Positions 17,117-25,807 of a stretch of DNA of 27,152 bases are shown piece by piece; within the stretch, counting starts at the first letter, position 1; every line of letters starts with the position of its first letter. The stretch is from a virus (Duplodnaviria > Caudoviricetes): IMG/VR virus record IMGVR_UViG_3300017763_000144, positions 1 through 27,152 of that record, one strand, 5' to 3'. Below the pieces are notes generated by a model that had not been told where the DNA came from, searched no databases, and saw only the letters and a program-made list of their open reading frames with translations. Made by a program: the position numbers and the translations under genes.

Positions 17117-18765
17117 GCTTTTCTTCTTATTGATGCAAGTTGATTTTGTGAATTTGTCATTTCATCAGTCACCACATAAGTCTTGACAGGTGACATGAAT
17201 GCACTTGCATTGGTTGGAATAGATGAACCACCTGCAACACCACCTCTTGCAAATCCAACACCACCACCTGCAACATTCATTGCAGACAATAATGGTTGAA
17301 ACATTGATGTTGACCTTGCATTGATTACTGATTCACCTTTTGAAAGTCTTGCAGAAACAGAATCTGATGTTCCTGAACCATAACCACCAACCATCCCACC
17401 ACTTGCATATGCAGGTTCTGATGAAAGAAGTTGTTTTGCTTGTGAAATGTTTCCAAGTATTCCTGCAAGACCTGTTGCATAAAGTGAAATCTTTGTTGCT
17501 GCATATGTGAATGGTGCTGCAGGTCCAGTTGCTGCAGCAAATTGTGATGCTGCTATTTCAGAACCTGTAACAAGTGTTGAAATTGCTTTTGCAGTGTCCA
17601 CACCAATTTGAAAAAGTGCTGCAGCTTTTTGTGCCTGTGAACCTTTTTTCAAAACACCTGAAAGTGATGTGATACCTGTTGAAATTGCATTGAATGTTGC
17701 ATCATTCAGTGATTGTTCTGCTTGTGCAAGTGTGACTGCATCTGCAAGTCTTTGTTGGTCAATCAGTTTTTGTTGTTCTGCAAGTTTTTGGTCATCTGCA
17801 AGTTTTTGGTCATTGATTTTTTGAAGTTCTTCTGCTGCTTTTTCTTGTGCATCAATTTCTGCTTGTATGTCATCAAGTTTTTTCTGTGCAATTTCATCAT
17901 CTTTTGCCTTTTGTTCATTTTTGATTGTGTTCAAAAGGTTGTTCAAACCGATTTGTTTTCCAAATGATTCACCACGAATGTTTGCAAGGTTGATTTCAAG
18001 TTCTGCAAGTTCATCAAGGTCTTCTGCAGTTGATTCAGACATTTCAACTTCTTTCCTTTTGTTTTCAAGCATTTCTTCTGCAATGTCAATCTGTTTTTGC
18101 ATCAAATTATTTTCAATGTCAAAAGCTTTTTTTGCTGCATCAAGTCTGTCTTGTGTTGCTTGTGATGTGTCTTCTGCAATGAATTTCAATGCCTCAACTT
18201 CTGCTCTTTGTTGTGCAACTTCAACATTCAAATCCCTTTGTGCATCACGAAGTTTTTGATTTGACTTGGTCAACTCATTTGTCAACTTCACATCATTTGC
18301 AATTTCAGTTCCAATGTCAGTGAATGCATCCTTGACATCATTTGCTGCACCTTTGAAGTCACCTTTGAAGAATTTTGTGACTGCACCACCAATCTTTGAA
18401 ATCCTATCTGTCAACACACCAATTGTTGCACCTACAATTGCAAGACCTTGTTCCAAAAGTTCTGCACCTTTCTTTGTTTTTGTCAAGTATGTGACAAGTG
18501 AACCAATGATAACAACGAATGCACCAATTCCTGTTGAAATCAATCCTGCTTTGATTGAACCAAACATCTTTTTTGCAGTTGGAATCACCTTTGCAAATGC
18601 AGATTTCACACCACCAATGGTCACACCAAATGCACCAAAGTTGTCAAATGTTGTTGTTGCCTCATCACCCAATTTTTTGGTTGACTTGGTGACCTTGTCA
18701 ATTGATTCTGTTGCCTTCTTGTCATTGACATTGATGACAATGTCTATTTCTTGTTTTTCTGCCAT
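17107..18765 (-). CDS. Tail tape measure protein
   Basis: Ala/Gly-rich hydrophobic N-terminal helices, long coiled coil, C-terminal YASGGMV.G.GSGTSDSV.ARLSKGESVINA motif. Confidence 0.85.
   Translation of the reverse strand: MAEKQEIDIVINVNDKKATESIDKVTKSTKKLGDEATTTFDNFGAFGVTIGGVKSAFAKVIPTAKKMFGSIKAGLISTGIGAFVVIIGSLVTYLTKTKKGAELLEQGLAIVGATIGVLTDRISKIGGAVTKFFKGDFKGAANDVKDAFTDIGTEIANDVKLTNELTKSNQKLRDAQRDLNVEVAQQRAEVEALKFIAEDTSQATQDRLDAAKKAFDIENNLMQKQIDIAEEMLENKRKEVEMSESTAEDLDELAELEINLANIRGESFGKQIGLNNLLNTIKNEQKAKDDEIAQKKLDDIQAEIDAQEKAAEELQKINDQKLADDQKLAEQQKLIDQQRLADAVTLAQAEQSLNDATFNAISTGITSLSGVLKKGSQAQKAAALFQIGVDTAKAISTLVTGSEIAASQFAAATGPAAPFTYAATKISLYATGLAGILGNISQAKQLLSSEPAYASGGMVGGYGSGTSDSVSARLSKGESVINARSTSMFQPLLSAMNVAGGGVGFARGGVAGGSSIPTNASAFMSPVKTYVVTDEMTNSQNQLASIRRKATF
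17741..17813 (-). repeat. 18-bp in-frame tandem repeat in the tape measure gene
   Basis: TCTGCAAGTTTTTGGTCA twice exactly at 17777-17812 plus two degenerate units; encodes DQKLAD-DQKLAE-QQKLID-QQRLAD. Confidence 0.7.
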
Positions 18766-18908
18766 TTTTTTGGTTTTTTGTAGAATTCACCAAGAACAAT
18801 CTTGTTGTGTTCTGTTTTTAACTTCATTTGTGTCATCATTGCAAGTGAAGATTTCATGACCTTCATCATTGACTGCATTGATTTTCCTAAAATTTCAAAT
18901 TCATTCAT
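18744..18908 (-). CDS. Small hypothetical protein (54 aa, not in ORF track)
   Basis: MNEFEILGKSMQSMMKV...GEFYKKPKKWQKNKK fills the gap between tail tip and tape measure genes. Confidence 0.55.
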   Translation of the reverse strand: MNEFEILGKSMQSMMKVMKSSLAMMTQMKLKTEHNKIVLGEFYKKPKKWQKNKK

Positions 18909-18909
18909 G

Positions 18910-21900
18910 TCAAATTGTTTGTTGTGTTATGTATAGTGTTGCCATCCAATCAACTGTTGCACCTGTTTCACCTTTGACTTCAAGTCTGACAAGGTTGTTT
19001 GTTGAATCAGTTCTGAATGTTACTGTCCAACCTGCAGTGTGATTTTTGTGAACTGTGACACTTTTTTGTCCAATCTTTGTCAATCCACGTCCATCAAATT
19101 CAGACATTGTCACATCATAAGTTCCACGCAAAATGTGTCCGTAATATGAACCTGCATCTTTTCTGATTCCAATCACATCTGCACGAATTCCAAGAGCAGT
19201 GTTCAATCCTGAATAAAATTCAGAATTTGTCACACCATTCATATAAATGTCTTTTGCAGTGTTTCCAACTGTTTGCCCTTTATAGATGACAGTTGTGACT
19301 TGTGATTGTGCTTTGATTGTTTCTGAACCAACAGAAAGAACCATTGAATTTGGTGCTTGTGCAAATCCATTTTCACCAACAATGACTGAATTTTTGATAT
19401 TCCTGGAAATTGATGTTCCTGTGATGTAGTCATCAACCTTGTTGTTCTTTCCAACCACAAGTGTGTTTTCTATTGAATCACCAAGTTTGTTCAATTCACC
19501 AATAATTGCAAGATTTTTTGTGTTTGATTGTGCAACATTTTTGTTACCTACAATCAAAGAATTTTGTGTTCCATGTCCAAATCCATTTGTCTTTTTGTGA
19601 CCAATGACAACAGAATGACCACCATTCCAATGCCAATTGTGATTGATTCCATTTCCATGATTTCCCGATCCATGACCATGACTGTGTGAAATTTCTTTCC
19701 AAGAACACCAAGGATGACTGTCACCATACCAATTCAAACCTGCTTGTTCACAACAAGTTTCATTTGGAAGTGCTGCATTTCCACTTGCATCAACAAAGAA
19801 AACAGTTCCATCAACACCATATGCACTGACAGTCAAATCACAATCACCTTTTCCATCCCTGAATTGAGAATTGTTTCCAAGTTTTATCAATTCAACTGTT
19901 GACAATTCACCTTTTGTTGTGTTGTATTCAATTGAATTCACTCTGTAAATTTGATTTCTAATGAAGATTGTTTCATTGAAATTGAATTCATGCATGTCAG
20001 TTGGTGTCAAGTCTGCTTTGACTTCAACAATTCTTGATTGTTTTTCTGTCAATTGTCTGATGATGTCCTGATGATATTCAAAGAACAATGTTTTGAATGG
20101 CAACACTTGTCCTTGTCCATATTCAATGCTCTGACCATAGTCAACTTGAAGACTGTTTGATGTATTAATAAATTCATTATATGATTGAATCATTCCAACA
20201 GTTGTGTTGTTGAAAGAACCACCATTTTCAAGTTCTGATGTGTAGTTTGGAATATTTTCAATTCCATTAAAATAAAGAATTCTTGGTTTGTTTGAAATGT
20301 TCACATATTCACCATCTTCTTCACCAAAGATTTGTGGAATCACCATTCCATTTGAAAATGCCATGAAAGTAGGTGCAAAAAGAACATTTTCATGAACTTC
20401 AATTTCTTCTGAAATCACATCAAAATTGTGTGACTTTATGTGTTCACCATATTCTTTGACATTGTTGTCTTTGTAGTTGACAAGATTGAAATCCTTGTCA
20501 TCATGCTGCATCTTGAATCTGTATTGTCTTGCAACTTCATGTGGTGTCAATTTGATTTCAGACATGTCAACCTTTTCTGTCCAATCCTTTGTTCCACCAC
20601 TTCCATAGTAATCAACTGCAGGTTCAATCAACAAATGTGTTGAATTTGTCTTGTCAGGTATCATCACAAAATTGAACATTTGTGTCAAAGCTTTGATGAA
20701 ATCAAACTGTTTGATTTTCATCCTGTCTTCATGTGTTGCAGGATTGTACACTGTGCCACCTTGCACTTCAAATCTTGCCCTGAACCAACCAATTCTTGAT
20801 ATATTTGGTATATTTATACTTGCCCTTCTGATTTTGATGACTATTGTTTCACCTGAATTCAAATTGAATGTTGCAGAACCTTGAATTTTGATTGCATCAT
20901 TGAAATATAGTGTTGTTCCATCAGGTTGTGCCAATGGAACAACACCATTCACACCTGAATATTGATTGACACCTGTGAAAAAGAACACTTGTGTTGGTGT
21001 TGAACCTGCAACTGTTGAATTTGTTTCAATCATCACTTCAATGTCAGGTTCCAAGTTTGGATTTGCAGGAAATATTTTTTGAACAATTGAAGTGAAATCA
21101 ACATTGACAGACTGATTGTCTGCAGTTGCAGTGTAAGTGTCTGAAGTTAAATTGAAAAAGTCAGATGAAAAACTGTCAACACCTTGTGTTTGTTCTATTT
21201 CAGTGAATGGAACTGTCAAAAAAGAAGATGTGATGATTGTTCCTGTGAAGTCAGTTGCAATGTCTGTGTCAACATGGAACTTACCTGTGTCATTTTCACC
21301 ACCACCAAACATCAGAAATGTGTCACCAAAATTCCAATCCATGTGCAACTTTGTGAATTTTGTTGAATCAATGAATGTTGATTCATAAGTGAAACCAGAT
21401 TCTTCAAATATCTTGTCCCAAATCCATTTGATGTTTATCCAAGGTCTGAATGCATCTGAAAAATTGTTCAAATGAATGTTGTTCCATTGACCATCAAAAC
21501 CACCAATCCAATTCACCATTGGATATATTATTGCACCTTGAATTGGTTGTGTCCATGATGCCTCAATGATTGGCTTTGTGTATGGATGTGACAATTCAGA
21601 AAAACCAATGTCAAGGAATGTTTTTCCTTCAAGATTTGTTTTCAAATCTGCAAGTTGTTCAAAAAGTGTCACATTGTAAATTGAAGAAGTGTCTTTTTTT
21701 AGAACATCATCAATTTTCAAGAAACCATTGAACACTTCAACACCTTCAGCAATAAGAATTGCTTGTGCTTTTTCATAAGGATTCCAATTCCCAGAATCAT
21801 CCAATGAATAGAAATGTTTAAAGAAATCATTGTTTGATTTTGATGATGGCAAAGAAAAACTTTTTGAATATCCTGAATTCTTGGAAGAAATGTCTTTGAT

Positions 21901-22452
21901 GTCATCAATTTCTTTTGTCAGAACAATTTCTTCATCATCAAAAAGGTCAATTTCATATTGTTTCAATTCAATCAATTCAAGACTGTCAACATATATTTGT
22001 TGAATTGACAATGCACCCATTTCAAGAATCAATGCACTTGATGGTTGTGTTGCAATAAAGTTGACAATGTTTTCACCAATTGAAGGAACAATTTGAACTG
22101 TTTGATTGTTCAATCCAATTGTGAATGTTGCAGGATTCACATTCAATGGTGTGATGTTTGAAACCATGAATTTGACTTGATACAATTTTCCAACTTCAGT
22201 TGCAACAGTTTGATAGATTTTGGAAGTTTCAAGTGCTGCACCTGTGAATCTGACTGTTGGTGCAGTGACACCTGTGATTGGATTGATGATGTTTGAAAGT
22301 TCAGGACTTGTGACAGATGGATCAGAAACATCCCTTGACCATGTTGTCAACCAATATGCAGGTGCAACCAATGGAACACCACTATTTTCAAAAAAACTGT
22401 CTTCAGCAACATTGGATGATGATTCTTGTTGGTATGCAATTAGTCTGTTCAT
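18910..22452 (-). CDS. Large tail tip / host-recognition protein
   Basis: YSKSFSLP, IIYPMVNW and FIKALTQMFN hub-like core; beta-sandwich inserts; C-terminal beta-helix-like NxxIxG repeats. Confidence 0.7.
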   Translation of the reverse strand: MNRLIAYQQESSSNVAEDSFFENSGVPLVAPAYWLTTWSRDVSDPSVTSPELSNIINPITGVTAPTVRFTGAALETSKIYQTVATEVGKLYQVKFMVSNITPLNVNPATFTIGLNNQTVQIVPSIGENIVNFIATQPSSALILEMGALSIQQIYVDSLELIELKQYEIDLFDDEEIVLTKEIDDIKDISSKNSGYSKSFSLPSSKSNNDFFKHFYSLDDSGNWNPYEKAQAILIAEGVEVFNGFLKIDDVLKKDTSSIYNVTLFEQLADLKTNLEGKTFLDIGFSELSHPYTKPIIEASWTQPIQGAIIYPMVNWIGGFDGQWNNIHLNNFSDAFRPWINIKWIWDKIFEESGFTYESTFIDSTKFTKLHMDWNFGDTFLMFGGGENDTGKFHVDTDIATDFTGTIITSSFLTVPFTEIEQTQGVDSFSSDFFNLTSDTYTATADNQSVNVDFTSIVQKIFPANPNLEPDIEVMIETNSTVAGSTPTQVFFFTGVNQYSGVNGVVPLAQPDGTTLYFNDAIKIQGSATFNLNSGETIVIKIRRASINIPNISRIGWFRARFEVQGGTVYNPATHEDRMKIKQFDFIKALTQMFNFVMIPDKTNSTHLLIEPAVDYYGSGGTKDWTEKVDMSEIKLTPHEVARQYRFKMQHDDKDFNLVNYKDNNVKEYGEHIKSHNFDVISEEIEVHENVLFAPTFMAFSNGMVIPQIFGEEDGEYVNISNKPRILYFNGIENIPNYTSELENGGSFNNTTVGMIQSYNEFINTSNSLQVDYGQSIEYGQGQVLPFKTLFFEYHQDIIRQLTEKQSRIVEVKADLTPTDMHEFNFNETIFIRNQIYRVNSIEYNTTKGELSTVELIKLGNNSQFRDGKGDCDLTVSAYGVDGTVFFVDASGNAALPNETCCEQAGLNWYGDSHPWCSWKEISHSHGHGSGNHGNGINHNWHWNGGHSVVIGHKKTNGFGHGTQNSLIVGNKNVAQSNTKNLAIIGELNKLGDSIENTLVVGKNNKVDDYITGTSISRNIKNSVIVGENGFAQAPNSMVLSVGSETIKAQSQVTTVIYKGQTVGNTAKDIYMNGVTNSEFYSGLNTALGIRADVIGIRKDAGSYYGHILRGTYDVTMSEFDGRGLTKIGQKSVTVHKNHTAGWTVTFRTDSTNNLVRLEVKGETGATVDWMATLYITQQTI

Positions 22453-22455
22453 TTT

Positions 22456-23853
22456 TTATCCGTTTTGAATTCTGTGTTTGTGACTGAAAGTGACATCCAA
22501 TTCATATTGGAAAACCTTGTCATTCTTTTGATTGTATTCAATGAAATTTGTTGATTGTACATTGACAGGAAAAACATCTTCACCTTCCAACATCCACACC
22601 ATTGGTGACATGAAACATTCACGCATCATTTCAACTTCACCATCAACCAACCAATCTGTCTGCAGATTCAATTTCTGAACTGCATCAACATTCAAGTCTT
22701 TGACACCATGGTCACCTTGTTCAAAGGTATAGTTCAAATCTTGCCATGTTCCAACAGTCTTCATGAATGTTTGTCTGTCAAAATCAAATGATTTTTCATT
22801 CTTCATTGTGAAATTGTAGTAATCAAAACCACCAAGTGAATTCAACCATCCAAGTCTGAATGTCTTGAATCTTTCTGTGTCTTCATCACAATTGTCAATT
22901 TCAAATGTGTATGTTTTTGACCTACCTGCACCACCCTGAACAACTTGGACTGTGTAATATGATGTAGCTGCAGGAATTGGATTGATACTGTGATTAGTGA
23001 AGTTTTTTGTTCCACAACCCAAAAACAAAAGATTTTCAACACCATTGTTTGATGTTGTTCCGTATGGTGAACCACCAAAATTGTCATTGTTCAAAATCTG
23101 AGTGAACAACAATTGATTTCCACCTGAATCATAGAATCTGAAATTCACCCTGTCTGTCAATGATGTGACACTTGCACGATTTGTTCCATTGAACATAGCA
23201 ATTGTGTGATAATCACCAAGTCTGATTTTTCTTTTGATTGATGCATCTAAAGTTGAAAGAAGATTTTTGTTTCCTGCAGTCAAATAGTATGATTCAAGTG
23301 TGTCATTGTTTCTTTGTAGGTCTTTAAATTGCCAAAGTGCAGAATTGAAAACTTGCAATTCCAATCCTTCTTTTGCAGGTTCGCCTGGAGTATTTTTTGC
23401 TGCACCGACACCTGTGTATGTGATAGGAGGAAATCCAACTGCAGTTGAAAATGATTCACCAAACTTCAACTGAATGTCAATCATTGTGTTGTCATTTCTT
23501 GACCACTTGTCAATTTGATGAATTGAATGTTGAACAGTAACAGATGAAACATTTGCTTTTTTTGATGAACCTGATTGATTCACACCATTCCTGTATCCAC
23601 TGACTTGTGCTTTGCAATAGTCTTGAATGATTTGTTGAACATCAATGATTCCACGATTGTTTGAATTGTTTGTGAAGTTCAATCTGACTTTGAAATCACC
23701 TTTGATGTAAACATCTGCAACATATCTGAAATTTATTTCTGCAGAATTGTCTGAACTTAACACATAAACACATGGTGTGAACACAGGTGCAACCCTATTG
23801 AATAGATTCAACATGTTGTTTGTGTATGGATTCCTTTGAATTGATATTGCCAT
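22456..23853 (-). CDS. Putative minor tail (distal tail-like) protein
   Basis: C-terminal WLNSLGGFDYYNF...LQTDW...SPMVW; precedes the tail tip gene. Confidence 0.55.
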   Translation of the reverse strand: MAISIQRNPYTNNMLNLFNRVAPVFTPCVYVLSSDNSAEINFRYVADVYIKGDFKVRLNFTNNSNNRGIIDVQQIIQDYCKAQVSGYRNGVNQSGSSKKANVSSVTVQHSIHQIDKWSRNDNTMIDIQLKFGESFSTAVGFPPITYTGVGAAKNTPGEPAKEGLELQVFNSALWQFKDLQRNNDTLESYYLTAGNKNLLSTLDASIKRKIRLGDYHTIAMFNGTNRASVTSLTDRVNFRFYDSGGNQLLFTQILNNDNFGGSPYGTTSNNGVENLLFLGCGTKNFTNHSINPIPAATSYYTVQVVQGGAGRSKTYTFEIDNCDEDTERFKTFRLGWLNSLGGFDYYNFTMKNEKSFDFDRQTFMKTVGTWQDLNYTFEQGDHGVKDLNVDAVQKLNLQTDWLVDGEVEMMRECFMSPMVWMLEGEDVFPVNVQSTNFIEYNQKNDKVFQYELDVTFSHKHRIQNG

Positions 23854-23857
23854 TTTT

Positions 23858-24409
23858 TTATTTTTTTGATTTTGTTTTGTTCATTTGTTCCAAGAAATCA
23901 ATTGAATCACTAACATAAGCAAGTGCAACTTCCTTTGTCAATGCAATTTTGTTTGCTTGTATTGGATTTGAAAAAAAGAATGATGGTTTGACACCATACA
24001 GATAAATCGATCTTTGTATCAAAAAACGCAATGACTTCCTTGAAACAAATCTTCCTTGTTCATCACGAATTCCTGCAAGACCTTTTTTCACAATCCATTT
24101 GTCAAGTGATGCAGTGAATGATTTCCATGAACCACTTGCAGAACCACTTCCAAATCTATATGGTGACAATGGTGCTTTTGCAGAACTTCTTTTTCCCTGC
24201 ATTCCTTGGTCAACAAATTTTGCATAATTAGAGCCAATAAACTCAAGCGACAGACCACCATTTTGATTTTTGGTGATAGTGTAATCAAGTGACTGTGAAA
24301 GTTCACCTGAAGTGTTCTTTCCTTGTCTTGACAATTCGCCTTGTGCATCTTTGATGACTTTTTTTGCGAATAAATTCAAAACCTTTTCTGTCCTAATTAA
24401 TGCCTTCAC
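23858..24409 (-). CDS. Putative tail completion/neck protein (HK97 gp10-like)
   Basis: Basic protein; TSGELSQSL, YAKFVDQG, GVKPSFFF; GTG start. Confidence 0.55.
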   Translation of the reverse strand: MKALIRTEKVLNLFAKKVIKDAQGELSRQGKNTSGELSQSLDYTITKNQNGGLSLEFIGSNYAKFVDQGMQGKRSSAKAPLSPYRFGSGSASGSWKSFTASLDKWIVKKGLAGIRDEQGRFVSRKSLRFLIQRSIYLYGVKPSFFFSNPIQANKIALTKEVALAYVSDSIDFLEQMNKTKSKK

Positions 24410-24517
24410 TATATATATATTTATATTATCATTATTACCATTATTGTATGTGTCAAATTGATGTCATTTTGTTGTCAAATTGATGTCAACAGTTTGATGT
24501 AAGTCACTGACAATCAA
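24410..24517. other. Putative replication origin (AT tract, four phased repeats, IHF-like site)
   Basis: TA-rich tract 24410-24447; TGTCA at 24451, 24462, 24473 and 24484; exact 16-mer TGTCAAATTGATGTCA twice; TGTCAGTGACTTA (- strand, 24500-24512) is one mismatch from WATCARNNNNTTR. Confidence 0.5.
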
Positions 24518-24991
24518 TCAATCAATTGGAACAACACAAGCATTTGCACTGTAATCAACTGAAATTGAAAAATCACCAACCCATCCTGAAACCCTTGTGT
24601 CAAACCTTTCTGTGAATGGATTGCAAGAAACATTTTCACTGATTCTGTAGTCTTGTGAATCAATTGTGAATGTTGGTGATGCACTTGTCACACCATTTTT
24701 CCACACTGCAATGAAGTCTTGAATGTACTGCAGACAGTCTGACAACACTTCATCTTCATTTGATTCATCAGGTTCAACCAAATCCATTGCAATCAACTTG
24801 AATGAATAGGTCAATTCATGTTTTGAAATTGATGCTTGTTCAGTTATCAAATGAACTTGTGGAAAGACCACAGTGTTTGCATCCACTTCAAAAATATCAC
24901 CATGTGTGAATGTTTTGACTTGTTGATGATTGTCTGCAATCTGTTTCCAAACTGCAAGTATTTGATTGTATGTGATTACACTTGTTGCCAT
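24518..24991 (-). CDS. Putative tail terminator protein
   Basis: Acidic 157 aa; FPQVHL, EDEVLSDCLQ; synteny with the gp10-like gene. Confidence 0.55.
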   Translation of the reverse strand: MATSVITYNQILAVWKQIADNHQQVKTFTHGDIFEVDANTVVFPQVHLITEQASISKHELTYSFKLIAMDLVEPDESNEDEVLSDCLQYIQDFIAVWKNGVTSASPTFTIDSQDYRISENVSCNPFTERFDTRVSGWVGDFSISVDYSANACVVPID

Positions 24992-24993
24992 TT

Positions 24994-25230
24994 TTATTGT
25001 TTTATTGTTTCAATATCTTTTTGGAATGAAAGCCATGTCAAACATTCTGTCAATGGTCTTTCAATTACATTTTCCAATTTTAAAAATTCACCACCTGTCA
25101 ATTTGTAGAGGATTGCATACCAACCCCACTTTTGTCCAAAACTTTCTTCATCTGTTTTGATTCCTTTTTCTTCTTTTGTTTCTTCAAATAATGGATTGAA
25201 GTCAGTGTATATTCTTGACCTAAATTCAAA
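24994..25230 (-). CDS. Tail assembly chaperone, -1 frameshift extension (gpT-like)
   Basis: The -1 frame relative to 25098-25766, entered at a T9 run; KWGWYAILYKL...LTWLSFQKD; ends 2 nt before the next ATG. Confidence 0.65.
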   Translation of the reverse strand, partial: FEFRSRIYTDFNPLFEETKEEKGIKTDEESFGQKWGWYAILYKLTGGEFLKLENVIERPLTECLTWLSFQKDIETIKQ

Positions 25231-25766
25231 AAAAAACACAGACATCCAAAAATTGAATCAATTGACATTTTGTGTTTGAACAATTCTGTTCTTTCATCAC
25301 ACTTGTCAAAGTCATATTTTTCAACTCTGAATGATTTCTTGTCCTTGTCAACAATAGGTCTGTAAAGGATTGACATCACTTTGTCAAGGTTCTTGAAACC
25401 ATCTTGAAGGTATGTGTCCAAATCACCAAATTCACCAATGGTGATGTCTGAAAGCTTTGAATTGAATCCATATTCAACACCATCAATTTCAACAATCAAA
25501 TTCAAATGTTCTGATGGTTTAGATTGTGCAAGTTCCATCAAATGTTTGAACACTTCTTCAACATCTGACTTCTTCAAATCCACAATCTTTTGTGAAGGAA
25601 TTTCAATCAATGATTCAATCAAATGAAACATCAATTGTTGTTCAGTCATTTCATCCATTTCAACTGACATCAGTTTCTGATATTGTGCCAATGACACTTG
25701 TTTCCATGTTTCTGGAATTGTGTAATTGAACACCTTGTCATTGTCTGTGATTGTGATTGTCTTCAT
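25098..25766 (-). CDS. Putative tail assembly chaperone (gpG-like)
   Basis: IPETWKQVSLAQYQ, LSDITIGEFGDLD; contains a slippery T TTT TTT at codons 178-179. Confidence 0.65.
   Translation of the reverse strand: MKTITITDNDKVFNYTIPETWKQVSLAQYQKLMSVEMDEMTEQQLMFHLIESLIEIPSQKIVDLKKSDVEEVFKHLMELAQSKPSEHLNLIVEIDGVEYGFNSKLSDITIGEFGDLDTYLQDGFKNLDKVMSILYRPIVDKDKKSFRVEKYDFDKCDERTELFKHKMSIDSIFGCLCFFLNLGQEYTLTSIHYLKKQKKKKESKQMKKVLDKSGVGMQSSTN
25228..25236 (-). promoter_or_regulatory. Slippery sequence for -1 frameshifting (T9)
   Basis: TGT TTT TTT TTG in frame 0 matches X XXY YYZ. Confidence 0.65.
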
Positions 25767-25775
25767 TTCTTTTTT

Positions 25776-25802
25776 TTAAATATAAAAATTCAATTTTTAG
25801 TT
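25776..25802 (-). promoter_or_regulatory. Putative late promoter copy 5 (AACT-N14-TATATTTAA)
   Basis: 9 nt before the chaperone ATG; start of the tail operon. Confidence 0.65.
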
Positions 25803-25807
25803 TGTAC

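Noticed and set aside
17741-17813. Tape measure tandem repeat as a contingency locus
   Set aside because: Short in-frame repeats are ordinary in coiled-coil tape measure proteins.
18910-22452. Diversity-generating retroelement or invertible tail cassette
   Set aside because: No reverse transcriptase, recombinase or template/variable repeat pair was seen.
24410-24517. CRISPR mini-array or T4-type late promoter (TATAAATA on - strand)
   Set aside because: The repeats are 11-16 bp with no spacer-sized inserts; TATAAATA lies in a TA-rich tract and lacks the upstream AAC of the other five promoters.
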